NCBI GenBank assembly: GCA_051650825.1
Contig: JBOFRC010000461.1
Location: forward strand, 7,817 to 71,816
Direction: 5' to 3'
Length of the DNA: 64,000 nucleotides
Origin: Sarcina sp.
GTDB taxonomy: Bacteria; Bacillota; Clostridia; Clostridiales; Clostridiaceae
Of this stretch, positions 29,139 through 39,001 are shown piece by piece. The notes under the pieces were generated by a model. It did no database searches, had not been told where the DNA came from, and saw only the letters and a list, made by a program, of their open reading frames with translations. The position numbers and the translations under genes were made by a program. Position 1 is the first letter of the stretch. Each line of letters starts with the position of its first letter.

Positions 29139-30215
29139 ATATAAATTTTTAAAAATATCAACAGTATTATCTATTGAATAGTTAAGAGCTAAATCTTTCA
29201 TATTATTTTTTAATGAAAGTAGGCTATTTTTATCGTGTATTAAATTATCGATTATAGAATTAAGTTTTGATAAATCACGAACTCTAATAGCAGCGTTATG
29301 TTCAACTAAAAATTTTGAATTATCTGTTTCTTGTCCGGGAATTACAAATGGAATAATCATAGGTAATCCTTTATGGATACTTTCAGTCGTTGTTAGTCCA
29401 CCCGGTTTAGTTATTATAAGATCCATTGAACCCATAATTTTAGAAACTTCATTTGTATATCCTAAAATATTAAAGTTCTTTTGATTTTTGTATGTATCTT
29501 CTAATGTTGTCTTTAGGTTTATATTTTTTCCGCAAATAATAGTTACCTTAATATTATTGTTATTCGTGGCAAGTTTAGCTAATACTTTTGAAATACCAGA
29601 TAGACCCATGCTACCACCCATAACAAGAATATTAAAATACTCGTTTATTTCATTGTTACTAGTATTTTTTTCATAAAATACTTTACTGACAGGAATTCCA
29701 ACAGGATATATTTTTTGAGCTTCTACGCCAAAAGAAATAAGTTCTGTTTTAGTAAAATCACTACCGGTAATATAAGCATCTATCATTGGACTGAAATATG
29801 TGTAATGTGGTTTAAAATCAGTAATAATAGATACTGTTGGTTTGTCGATTAAATTTTTTCTAACTAAATGACCTAATATTGATACTGCTAGAGGATGCGT
29901 ACATGCTATAACATCTGGATTAGTTTCATTTACATATTCGATTGTTTTCTTTATTGGCGATTTAAGATAAAATTCGAAAAATCTATTTATTAATTTAAAG
30001 TTACTGATTTTATAAAAAAAGCCATAGATGTATGGGAAAATTTTTGCTGAAAGCTCATATCCACCAACAACTACTTCGTTAACAGCTTTACTTGTTTCAA
30101 GAAAATCGAATATTTCAACTTCGTCATATTTAGTTTTTAGAATTTCCTTCAAAGACCTAGCTGCTTGATTATGACCTTCGCCAGTCGCAGTGGTTAAAAT
30201 TAAAATTTTACTCAT
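29118..30215 (-). CDS. UgtP/MGDG-synthase-like diacylglycerol glycosyltransferase (GT28)
   Basis: TGEGHNQAA, CTHP, IITDF, MGGSMG and ITKPGGLT motifs. Confidence 0.88.
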   Translation of the reverse strand: MSKILILTTATGEGHNQAARSLKEILKTKYDEVEIFDFLETSKAVNEVVVGGYELSAKIFPYIYGFFYKISNFKLINRFFEFYLKSPIKKTIEYVNETNPDVIACTHPLAVSILGHLVRKNLIDKPTVSIITDFKPHYTYFSPMIDAYITGSDFTKTELISFGVEAQKIYPVGIPVSKVFYEKNTSNNEINEYFNILVMGGSMGLSGISKVLAKLATNNNNIKVTIICGKNINLKTTLEDTYKNQKNFNILGYTNEVSKIMGSMDLIITKPGGLTTTESIHKGLPMIIPFVIPGQETDNSKFLVEHNAAIRVRDLSKLNSIIDNLIHDKNSLLSLKNNMKDLALNYSIDNTVDIFKNLYKKKSSK

Positions 30216-30354
30216 AAATTTCACTCTTTCATTTAAATTCAATTAATATCATAACATAGAAGATTATTCGTTTAAATCTTTTTTTATGAATATTAAATAT
30301 AAAAAAAAGGGAAAGAACATGTCTTCCCCACTTTTTATTATAATATTTACCATA

Positions 30355-30561
30355 TTATTTATTAAGGTTAAATCTTTTGTTGAATTTATCAACTCTTCCA
30401 CCAACGTCAACAAGTTTTTGTTTACCTGTGTAGAATGGGTGGCATTTAGCACATATATCAACTTTTAATTCTTCCTTAACTGATCCTGTTTCGAATGTAT
30501 TTCCACATGCGCACTTAACCACTGCGTTTTCATGGTATTCTGGATGTATGCCTGATTTCAT
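30355..30561 (-). CDS. rpmE: 50S ribosomal protein L31, Zn-binding (C+) type
   Basis: [24 protein letters not shown]; true start at 30561. Confidence 0.97.
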   Translation of the reverse strand: MKSGIHPEYHENAVVKCACGNTFETGSVKEELKVDICAKCHPFYTGKQKLVDVGGRVDKFNKRFNLNK

Positions 30562-30733
30562 GATTTTCACCTCTTTAATTTCGATTTTATATGCCTTTTG
30601 AAGACAACTACTACAAAGTATAGCATGTGTATTTATAATCGTCAATAGTTTAAAAATAGTATAATTTAAGGTATAATCTAGGAAGTAAATTTTAATCATA
30701 ATGATATTTTAGTTTAGAGGGAGAATTATAGAA

Positions 30734-31321
30734 ATGAGTAAGTTATATTTTAGATATGGTGCTATGAATTCAGGTAAATCAACACATCTTATGCAAGTTG
30801 CACATAACTACGAAGAGAGAGGAATGAAAGTATTAATACTTAAACCTCTTACAGATGTTAAAGGTGGCAATAAAGTAATCTCAAGACTTGGTGTGGATAG
30901 AAATGTTGATATGTTAGTTGGCGATGATGATGATATATTAGTTAAAATGCAAGATTATTTAGTTGGAGATAAAAGACCAAATTGTATTATTGTTGATGAA
31001 GTTCAATTTTTTAAAAAACATCATATAGATGAGCTTTTCCAAATAGCTGTAGAACAAGATATACCAGTTATTTGTTATGGACTTAGAACAGACTTTTTAA
31101 TGAATGGCTTTGAAGGTAGTGAAAGATTACTACTAATAGCTCATAGTATAGAAGAAATGAGAACTATTTGTACATGTGGAAATAAAGCTATATTAAATGG
31201 TAGAAAATTAAATGGTGAATATATTTTTGAAGGGGAACAGGTTGCGATAGATTTAGTCGATAATATAGAATACCAATCATTATGTGGTGCATGTTACTTT
31301 AAATATAAAAATAAAAAATAA
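30734..31321 (+). CDS. tdk: Thymidine kinase
   Basis: GAMNSGKST, VDEVQF and YGLRTDF motifs; Zn-binding cysteines. Confidence 0.97.
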   Translation: MSKLYFRYGAMNSGKSTHLMQVAHNYEERGMKVLILKPLTDVKGGNKVISRLGVDRNVDMLVGDDDDILVKMQDYLVGDKRPNCIIVDEVQFFKKHHIDELFQIAVEQDIPVICYGLRTDFLMNGFEGSERLLLIAHSIEEMRTICTCGNKAILNGRKLNGEYIFEGEQVAIDLVDNIEYQSLCGACYFKYKNKK

Positions 31322-31347
31322 ATTTTTTATGGGGGAAAGGGAATTTA

Positions 31348-33078
31348 ATGGGGAAAATTCAAATTGGTGGACAAGGATTATTGAATGGTGTAGCTATTAA
31401 TGGAAAAAAAGGAAAAGCTGTAGCTACGAGAGAAGAAGATAATACTATAAAATTAAATTTTGAAAAAATATATAGAGTGCAGGAAGAGACTGGATTACGG
31501 GCTTTTCCTTTTTTTAGAGGTATTTTGATTATTTTTGATACAGTTAGCAGTGGTGTAGAGTCTTTAGATATTATTTCTGATCTTGTTTCAAATGATATGC
31601 TAAATTTAGGAAAAATGAAAAATAAAAAGCTTATAAATTTTTTAGCTATGATTTTAGCTTTAATACTATTTCTTTTTATTTTTTTAGCAGTTCCAGTTTT
31701 TTTTATCAATATACTTAGAAAAATATTTTCTCTTTCAGATGTTTTATTAAGTGTTTTAGAGGGAAGTATAACAATAGTAGGTCTTATTTTATACATGTAT
31801 GTAATAGGATTTAATGAAGATATAGATAAAATGTTTAGATATCATGGGGCCGAACATAAAGTAATTGCCTGTTATGAAAATAATTTAAAACTTACTAAAG
31901 AAAATGTGAAAAAATCAAAGCGGTTTCATTTAAGATGTGGAAGTAACCTTATATTCATGATTATAATAAACAGTAGTCTTGTATATTTATTTTTAGGATG
32001 GGATTCAAGTTTAATAAGAATAATAATGAAAATATTATTAGTCCCAATTATTGCAGGGATATCATATGAATTAGTTAAATTTGTAGCTAATTCTAATAGT
32101 TTTTTGGCGAAAGTTATAGCATTTCCAGGATTAAAGCTACAATTATTAACTACTAGAGAACCCAAAAATGAAGAAATAGAGGTGGCATTATTGGCATTAA
32201 AGAAAGCAGAAGGAATAAGAATTGAAAGAACTATTAGAGAAATTTTAAATGAGACAAATCAAATTTTTAAAAATGTTGGAATAGACAGTTATATTTTAGA
32301 TGCACAACTTCTTATGTGTTATGTTTTAGGAAAGGATAAATTATGGCTAATTACTAACGTTTTTGATAGAGTGAGTATAGAAGATGAAGAGAGATATTTA
32401 GAACTTGTTAAAAAAAGAAAAAATAAATATCCTATGGCATATATACTTGGCAGAGCGGAGTTTATGAATATAGACTTTATTGTAAAAGAAGGAGTGTTAA
32501 TTCCTAGAGGAGATACAGAAATTTTAGTAGAAGAAGTTTTAAAGCATATAGATAAATATGAAAAGCTTGACATTTGCGATCTTTGTTGTGGGAGTGGAGC
32601 GATAGGGCTTACTATAGCAGAGTATAGAACTGAAACAGAAGTTGATTTATTAGATATAGAAGAGAAACCAGAAGAAGTTACTAATATTAATATTAAAAAC
32701 TTTGAACTAGAGAATAGAGCTAGATTTATTCATAGTGATTTATTTAGTGGAATTGAAAATAAAAAATACGATATAATAGTTTCAAACCCTCCATATATTA
32801 AAGAGGAAGTTATAGAAACCCTTATGGATGATGTTAAAAATTATGAGCCACATATAGCACTATCAGGTGGAGAGTCAGGACTTATTTTTTATGAAAAAAT
32901 TATTAATGAGGCAGTAGACCATTTAAAAGGTAAAATGATTTTAGCTTTTGAAATTGGACACGATCAAGGGACACAAGTGCAAAGTCTTATGGAAAAAAAT
33001 AATTTTGAAAATGTAAAAATTATTAAAGATCTAGCAGGACTTGATAGAGTTGTAATAGGTAATCTTATAGAGATATAA
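31348..33078 (+). CDS. prmC: Fusion of DUF1385 membrane domain and release-factor glutamine methyltransferase PrmC
   Basis: N half IGGQG.., FRYHGAEHK, RCGS; C half DLCCGSGAIG and SNPPY; one open frame. Confidence 0.92.
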   Translation: MGKIQIGGQGLLNGVAINGKKGKAVATREEDNTIKLNFEKIYRVQEETGLRAFPFFRGILIIFDTVSSGVESLDIISDLVSNDMLNLGKMKNKKLINFLAMILALILFLFIFLAVPVFFINILRKIFSLSDVLLSVLEGSITIVGLILYMYVIGFNEDIDKMFRYHGAEHKVIACYENNLKLTKENVKKSKRFHLRCGSNLIFMIIINSSLVYLFLGWDSSLIRIIMKILLVPIIAGISYELVKFVANSNSFLAKVIAFPGLKLQLLTTREPKNEEIEVALLALKKAEGIRIERTIREILNETNQIFKNVGIDSYILDAQLLMCYVLGKDKLWLITNVFDRVSIEDEERYLELVKKRKNKYPMAYILGRAEFMNIDFIVKEGVLIPRGDTEILVEEVLKHIDKYEKLDICDLCCGSGAIGLTIAEYRTETEVDLLDIEEKPEEVTNINIKNFELENRARFIHSDLFSGIENKKYDIIVSNPPYIKEEVIETLMDDVKNYEPHIALSGGESGLIFYEKIINEAVDHLKGKMILAFEIGHDQGTQVQSLMEKNNFENVKIIKDLAGLDRVVIGNLIEI

Positions 33079-33089
33079 GTAAATAGGAA

Positions 33090-33160
33090 ACTTAACTTAA
33101 TTTTTATTTTAGTGAAATAAATGACTTAAGTTAAGTACTGAGACTTACTTTGTAGTAAGT
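33090..33160. repeat. Two adjacent inverted repeats upstream of the prfA promoter
   Basis: ACTTAACTTAA/TTAAGTTAAGT (33090-33136) and ACTTACT/AGTAAGT (33143-33160), no U tract. Confidence 0.55.
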
Positions 33161-33227
33161 TGTATAATTTATGAACTTTATGTTATAATTAAAAAATATG
33201 AAAATCTATATTACGGAGTGATAGAAA

Positions 33228-34307
33228 ATGCTTGATAGATTAAATTTTATCGAAACTAAGTATGACGAATTGTCAGTTAAAATAAGTGATCCATCAATTA
33301 TGGCTAACCAAAATGAGTGGAGAAAACTTTGTAAAGAACACGCAGACCTAGAAGTAATAGTAAATAAGTATAGAGAGTATAGAGATACTTTAGAAGAATT
33401 AGACGGTAGTAAAGAAATTTTAGCAGAAGAATCAGATTCTGAAATGAGAGAAATGGTTCAAGCAGAAATTAAAGAGCTAACAGAAAAGCAAGGTATCCTT
33501 GAAAAGGAAATGCAAATATTATTACTTCCAAAAGACCCTAACGATGATAAAAACGTATTTGTAGAAATAAGAGCAGGTGCAGGTGGTGATGAAGCTGCTT
33601 TATTTGCTGCTAACTTATTCAGAATGTATACAAGATTTGCTGAGAAAAACAGATGGAGTATAGAAGTAATGAGTGCTAATGAAAATGACATTGGAGGTTT
33701 CAAAGAGGTTGTTTTCATGATTAAAGGTGATGGTGCTTATTCAAAACTTAAATATGAGAGTGGAGTACACAGAGTACAAAGAGTACCAGACACAGAAAGT
33801 TCAGGAAGAATACATACTTCAACAGCGACTGTTGCAGTTTTACCAGAAGTTGATGACGTTGAGATTCACATAGAAGATAAAGATCTTAAAATTGATGTTT
33901 TCAGAGCGTCAGGTAACGGTGGACAATGTGTAAATACAACTGATTCAGCTGTAAGAATGACTCACTTACCATCAGGGCTTGTTGTTTCATGTCAAGATGA
34001 AAAGTCACAACTTAAAAATAAAGAAAAAGCTCTTAAAGTATTAAAAGCTAGATTATTTGATATAGCTGAAAGAGAAAGACATGCAGAAATTGCAGAAGAT
34101 AGAAAGAGCCAAGTTGGAACAGGAGATAGAAGTGAGAAAATAAGAACTTATAACTATCCACAAGGAAGAATAACAGATCATAGAATAAAATTAACTTTAT
34201 ATAAATTAGATCAGTTCTTAGCTGGAGATATTGATGAGGTTCTTAATGCATTAATTACAGAGGATCAAGCTCAAAGAATGCAGAATATGGGTAACACAGA
34301 ATTCTAA
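33228..34307 (+). CDS. prfA: Peptide chain release factor 1
   Basis: GGQ motif ([12 protein letters not shown]), RVPDTE (PxT) and NYPQGR. Confidence 0.98.
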   Translation: MLDRLNFIETKYDELSVKISDPSIMANQNEWRKLCKEHADLEVIVNKYREYRDTLEELDGSKEILAEESDSEMREMVQAEIKELTEKQGILEKEMQILLLPKDPNDDKNVFVEIRAGAGGDEAALFAANLFRMYTRFAEKNRWSIEVMSANENDIGGFKEVVFMIKGDGAYSKLKYESGVHRVQRVPDTESSGRIHTSTATVAVLPEVDDVEIHIEDKDLKIDVFRASGNGGQCVNTTDSAVRMTHLPSGLVVSCQDEKSQLKNKEKALKVLKARLFDIAERERHAEIAEDRKSQVGTGDRSEKIRTYNYPQGRITDHRIKLTLYKLDQFLAGDIDEVLNALITEDQAQRMQNMGNTEF

Positions 34308-34375
34308 TTTTGAAGCCTTACATGAAAATGTAGGGCTTTGTTTTTAGGGGAAGACAGAGAGGGGAGGCATAACAT

Positions 34376-34969
34376 ATGTTTATAGATAAGGCTTTAAAGA
34401 AGCAAAAAGCATCATATAAAAGATTTAATATTTTTATGATTTTTATATTTATTCTTTTACCTTTGGTAGTTTTTGGTCTTGGAATGAACAAGATAATAGT
34501 AATCAATTTATTCTTAGTTATATTAGAGATAGCTATAGTTGCATGTTTAATTCTTATGCTAGATAGGGTATCACTAAGTTATACCTGCGAAAATAATTTA
34601 TTAAGAATGAAACTAGGTGTTTTTAAAGGGTTTAAAAGAATTAGTTGCGATAAAATAAAATTAATACATACAGAAAATAAAAATGGAGATATGGATATAG
34701 TTTTAGTAACGACAACTAGAATAGGAAACAGACAATTAAGACTTGTTGGGAGAAGTTTTCTGAATAAATACCCTATGGCAGCTAAAGAATATAGGAAATT
34801 AAAAAAGCTTAATCCTGATAAAAACTATTTTTATTTAGTAATAAAAAATGGTGGATATAAAAAATATATAATGTTAGATGATATATATAGAAATAGTGTA
34901 ACAGCTATATTTACTGAAGATACAATAGAAAATATTAAAATATCTAGATCACAAAAAGAGATTAATTAA
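34376..34969 (+). CDS. Hypothetical membrane protein (2 N-terminal TM helices)
   Basis: Strong SD, hydrophobic hairpin followed by a soluble domain. Confidence 0.7.
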   Translation: MFIDKALKKQKASYKRFNIFMIFIFILLPLVVFGLGMNKIIVINLFLVILEIAIVACLILMLDRVSLSYTCENNLLRMKLGVFKGFKRISCDKIKLIHTENKNGDMDIVLVTTTRIGNRQLRLVGRSFLNKYPMAAKEYRKLKKLNPDKNYFYLVIKNGGYKKYIMLDDIYRNSVTAIFTEDTIENIKISRSQKEIN

Positions 34970-34996
34970 TTTTTTATAAAGAGTGGTGATTAAAAA

Positions 34997-36046
34997 GTGG
35001 AAACTAAAAAGTTTTTTATAGAAGACATAGAAAAATCGTCTAATATTTTAGATGAAGCGGCACAGATTATAAAAGATGGAGGAACCGTAGCTTTTCCAAC
35101 GGAAACAGTATATGGATTAGGAGCGAATGCTTTAGATTCAGAGGCAGTTCTTAAAATTTTTGAAGCAAAAGGTAGACCTCAAGATAATCCTTTAATAATA
35201 CATGTTGCAAGTAAGGATGTATCGGAGTATGCAAAAGATATACCTGATATTGCATATAAACTTATGGATGAATTTTGGCCAGGTCCATTGACTATGATTT
35301 TAAAGAAAAAAGAAATTATTCCAAATAGAACATCAGCACAGCTTGATAGTATTGGGATAAGAATGCCTAGTAGTAAAATTGCATTAGAACTCATAAAAAA
35401 AGCAGGGGTTCCTATTGCAGCTCCATCAGCAAATATCTCAGGGAGACCAAGTCCAACAGATATGCAAAGATGTATAGAAGATTTAGACGGGAAAATAGAC
35501 TGTATATTAGGTGGAGAGCAAAGTGATGTTGGGGTTGAGTCAACTATAGTTGATTTAACTGTACAACCTCCTTGTATTTTAAGACCAGGTGGTATAACTT
35601 TAGAACAATTACAAAAAATTGATAATGAAATATATATAGATAAGGGCATTTTAGAGGAAAAAATTAAAGAAGGAATAAAACCTAAAGCGCCAGGAATGAA
35701 ATATACACATTACTCACCAAAAGCTAAAGTTCGTTTAGTTAGAGGGGAAGAAGATAAAACACTTGAAAAAATTAGGAAAATGGTGCATAATTACAGGGAT
35801 GAAGGTTTAAAAGTTGGCGTTATGGCAACTGATGAAACTAAAGATTTATACGATGCTATTGTTATAAGTTTAGGCGCAAGAAGCGATTTAAAACATATTG
35901 CTAAGTCACTTTTTGAAGCTTTAAGACAGTTTGATGATTTAGGTGTTGATATAATAATCAGCGAATCATTTGAAGAGAAAGGGCTAGGAATAGCTATTAT
36001 GAATAGATTAAAAAAATCTTGTGGATTTGATATAATAGATGTATAA
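34997..36046 (+). CDS. sua5: L-threonylcarbamoyladenylate synthase Sua5/YwlC
   Basis: AFPTETVYGLGA, KGRPQDNPLI, APSAN and APGMKY motifs. Confidence 0.96.
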   Translation: METKKFFIEDIEKSSNILDEAAQIIKDGGTVAFPTETVYGLGANALDSEAVLKIFEAKGRPQDNPLIIHVASKDVSEYAKDIPDIAYKLMDEFWPGPLTMILKKKEIIPNRTSAQLDSIGIRMPSSKIALELIKKAGVPIAAPSANISGRPSPTDMQRCIEDLDGKIDCILGGEQSDVGVESTIVDLTVQPPCILRPGGITLEQLQKIDNEIYIDKGILEEKIKEGIKPKAPGMKYTHYSPKAKVRLVRGEEDKTLEKIRKMVHNYRDEGLKVGVMATDETKDLYDAIVISLGARSDLKHIAKSLFEALRQFDDLGVDIIISESFEEKGLGIAIMNRLKKSCGFDIIDV

Positions 36047-36176
36047 AACTAGTTTCTATATTTATTATCTATAATAAAGTAGATAAAAATCTTGAGTTAT
36101 GCAAAATTAAAGAAGGTAAATTTGGGTTTACTCTTCTTTTTTTTATATATTTTTAAACAATTAGGAGGGATTTTAC

Positions 36177-36626
36177 ATGAAAATAGCAGTAGGTTGCGAT
36201 CATGGTGGATTTGTGCTTAAGAGCGAAATCTTAGCACATTTAGAATCAAAAGGTATAGAATGTGAAGATTTCGGTACTTATAGTGAGGAATCATGTGATT
36301 ATCCAGATATATCAATAAAAGTAGCAGAGGCTGTTGTCGCTAAAAATTTTGATTTTGGTATATTAGTTTGTGGTACAGGTATAGGAATATCTATAGCAGC
36401 AAACAAAGTTCCAGGTGTACGAGCAGCATTATGTGGTGATACTTTTAGTGCTAGAGCGACAAGACAACATAATAATGCTAATATTTTAGCTTTAGGTCAA
36501 AGAGTTACAGGAGTAGGACTTGCTCTTGATATAGTAGATACATTCCTTTCACATGAATTTGAAGGTGGAAGACATGAAAAAAGATTAAATAAACTTTCTG
36601 CTATAGAAGAGAAATATTCAAAATAA
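36177..36626 (+). CDS. rpiB: Ribose-5-phosphate isomerase B
   Basis: GCDHGG, CGTGIG, HNNAN and EGGRH motifs. Confidence 0.96.
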   Translation: MKIAVGCDHGGFVLKSEILAHLESKGIECEDFGTYSEESCDYPDISIKVAEAVVAKNFDFGILVCGTGIGISIAANKVPGVRAALCGDTFSARATRQHNNANILALGQRVTGVGLALDIVDTFLSHEFEGGRHEKRLNKLSAIEEKYSK

Positions 36627-36705
36627 TATATGGAATTAGGAAGATAAGAACTATTAAAGAAAAGTTATAGAACCTTATAAAACCTAAAAAATATTTATGA
36701 AGGAG

Positions 36706-36947
36706 GAGTTGCCAGTTTATAAAGTGATATAATACATAATACAACTTGTTTTGGTTATACTGTAAAAGTTATATAAAAGCAGGTAATAATAGATCTTTAT
36801 TAAAAAGGCTATATATGTACTATGTGTTATGTGGAAATTTAAACCTTTGAACTGTCATAGTAAACCAAAGTAATATTTTATAAAATAGGACATGATAAGG
36901 GAATAATTAAATATGCTTTATAACGTTTTATGAGGTTATGGCAACAC
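36706..36947 (+). other. 242-nt nested fold-back element between the upp SD and start codon (MITE-like or structured leader)
   Basis: Terminal IR GTTGCCA/TGGCAAC, two further nested stems, flanked by AG on both sides. Confidence 0.5.
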
Positions 36948-36955
36948 AGATTAAC

Positions 36956-37585
36956 ATGAGTAAGGTAACACAAATAGCACACCCATTAATATTACACAAA
37001 CTAACAATAATAAGAGATAAAAATACAGGTGCAAAAGACTTTAGAGAACTTGTAGAAGAAGTTTCTATGCTTATGGCATATGAAGTAACAAGAGATCTTC
37101 AAATGAAAGATGTAGAGATTGAAACACCTATATGTAAATCAGTACAAAAAACTTTATCAGGTAAAAAAATGGCTATAGTTCCTATTTTAAGAGCTGGACT
37201 TGGTATGGTAGATGGTATGCTTAAATTAATACCAGCTGCTAAAGTTGGACATATTGGATTATACAGAGATGAAGAAACTTTACAACCAGTAGAATATTTC
37301 TGTAAATTACCTCAAGATATAGCAGAAAGAGATATTATTGTAGTAGACCCAATGCTTGCAACAGGCGGTTCAGCTGCTGATGCTATTGGTTTATTAAAAC
37401 AAAAAGGGGCTAAAAGTATCAAACTTATGTGTTTAATCTCTTCACCAGAAGGGGTAGAAGCAATTAAAAATGCTCATCCTGATGTTGATATATTTGTTGG
37501 AGCAATAGATGAAAAGTTAAATGAACATGGATATATTGTTCCGGGTCTTGGTGATGCAGGAGATAGATTATTTGGAACTAAATAA
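36956..37585 (+). CDS. upp: Uracil phosphoribosyltransferase
   Basis: [28 protein letters not shown] and PGLGDAGDR motifs; alternative ATG at 36938. Confidence 0.97.
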   Translation: MSKVTQIAHPLILHKLTIIRDKNTGAKDFRELVEEVSMLMAYEVTRDLQMKDVEIETPICKSVQKTLSGKKMAIVPILRAGLGMVDGMLKLIPAAKVGHIGLYRDEETLQPVEYFCKLPQDIAERDIIVVDPMLATGGSAADAIGLLKQKGAKSIKLMCLISSPEGVEAIKNAHPDVDIFVGAIDEKLNEHGYIVPGLGDAGDRLFGTK

Positions 37586-37660
37586 ATAAACAGATGATGA
37601 TGGGGTTTATGAGAGCTCCATCATCATTTAATCTAAATTAAATTTTTAGGAGGCGTTTTG

Positions 37661-38815
37661 ATGGATAAAATCAAAATATTAACAATATTTGGAACAAGAC
37701 CGGAGGCTATAAAAATGGCACCACTTGTTAAAGAGTTAGAAAGAAGACCAGAAATTGACTCAAAAGTTTGCGTTACAGCACAGCATAGGGAAATGTTAGA
37801 TCAAGTTTTAGAATTATTTGAAATAAAACCAGAATTTGATTTAGATATTATGAAAACAAGACAATCATTAACTGGAATTACAAATAGAATTCTTGAAGGG
37901 CTAGAAGAGTTATTTGCAAGTGAAAAGCCAGATATGATTTTAGTTCATGGAGATACTACAACAACTTTTTCAAGTGGACTTGCAGCTTTTTATCAACAAA
38001 TAAGAGTAGGGCATGTAGAAGCAGGACTTAGAACTTTTGATAAATATTTTCCATTCCCAGAAGAAATGAATAGAAAACTTACGGGTGCTTTAGCAGATTT
38101 ACATTTTGCACCAACAAATGGTTCAAAACTTAACCTTTTAAGAGAAGGAATAAATGAAGATGATATATACATAACAGGTAATACTGTTATAGATGCCATG
38201 GCTCATACAGTTGAAAAAGATTATACTTTTGAAACAGACGAATTAAATAAAATTGATTTTAAGAGTAAAAAAGTTATAATGGTTACGGCTCATAGAAGAG
38301 AAAATTGGGGAGAAGGAATAGATAATATATGTGATTCACTTGCTCAAATAGTAGATAATCATGAAGATGTAGAACTTGTTTACTTAGTTCACTTAAATCC
38401 AGTTGTTAAAGATGTTGTTCATGCAAAACTTGGAGGAAAAGATAGAGTACATTTATTATCACCATTAGATACTAAAGAGACTCATAATCTTATGAATAAG
38501 TGCTTTATGGTTATGACTGATTCAGGTGGATTACAAGAAGAAGCACCTCATTTAGGGAAACCAGTGTTAGTGCTAAGAGATGTAACAGAAAGACCAGAAG
38601 CAGTTAAAGCTGGAACTGTAAAATTAGTAGGAACAGATATAGATGTTATACTAAAAGAAGCTAATGCATTACTTACAGACAATGCATATTATGCTCAAAT
38701 GAGTAAGGCTGTAAATCCATATGGTGACGGTCAAGCTTCAGAAAGAATAGTAGATGCAATACTAAAGTATTATGGAAAAAATGACAAAGAAATAAATGAA
38801 TTCATAAATGAATAA
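37661..38815 (+). CDS. wecB: UDP-GlcNAc 2-epimerase (non-hydrolysing)
   Basis: FGTRPEAIK, HGDT, HVEAGLR, HRREN and DSGGLQEEAP motifs. Confidence 0.97.
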   Translation: MDKIKILTIFGTRPEAIKMAPLVKELERRPEIDSKVCVTAQHREMLDQVLELFEIKPEFDLDIMKTRQSLTGITNRILEGLEELFASEKPDMILVHGDTTTTFSSGLAAFYQQIRVGHVEAGLRTFDKYFPFPEEMNRKLTGALADLHFAPTNGSKLNLLREGINEDDIYITGNTVIDAMAHTVEKDYTFETDELNKIDFKSKKVIMVTAHRRENWGEGIDNICDSLAQIVDNHEDVELVYLVHLNPVVKDVVHAKLGGKDRVHLLSPLDTKETHNLMNKCFMVMTDSGGLQEEAPHLGKPVLVLRDVTERPEAVKAGTVKLVGTDIDVILKEANALLTDNAYYAQMSKAVNPYGDGQASERIVDAILKYYGKNDKEINEFINE

Positions 38816-38885
38816 TAAACATATAAAATCATTCTAGATTTTCTAGAATGATTTTTTTTATTAAAAAATTAATATATATTAAAGT

Positions 38886-38903
38886 TTGTGTAATTTTTAA
38901 CAA
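38886..38903. promoter_or_regulatory. Rex operator upstream of thiolase
   Basis: TTGTGTA-ATTT-TTAACAA vs consensus TTGT(G/T)AA-N4-TT(C/A)ACAA; Rex regulates thlA in C. acetobutylicum. Confidence 0.75.
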
Positions 38904-38908
38904 ATATA

Positions 38909-38937
38909 TTGAATATAAAACTATATATGGTTATAAT
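38909..38937 (+). promoter_or_regulatory. SigA promoter of thiolase
   Basis: TTGAAT-N17-TATAAT. Confidence 0.7.
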
Positions 38938-39001
38938 GGAATTATATTGAATATATTCAATATTTTTAAATGGGTTAAATTTTAGGAGGCGTATATATAA
39001 A

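Noticed and set aside
30562-30699. 46-aa N-terminal extension of L31 in the ORF track
   Set aside because: The SD (GAGGTGA) precedes ATG 30561 and homology starts at MKSGIHP.
36706-36947. Group I or II intron in the upp leader
   Set aside because: No recognisable group I P7/R-S core or group II domain V; kept only as an unexplained fold-back element. No PyrR-binding consensus was seen either.
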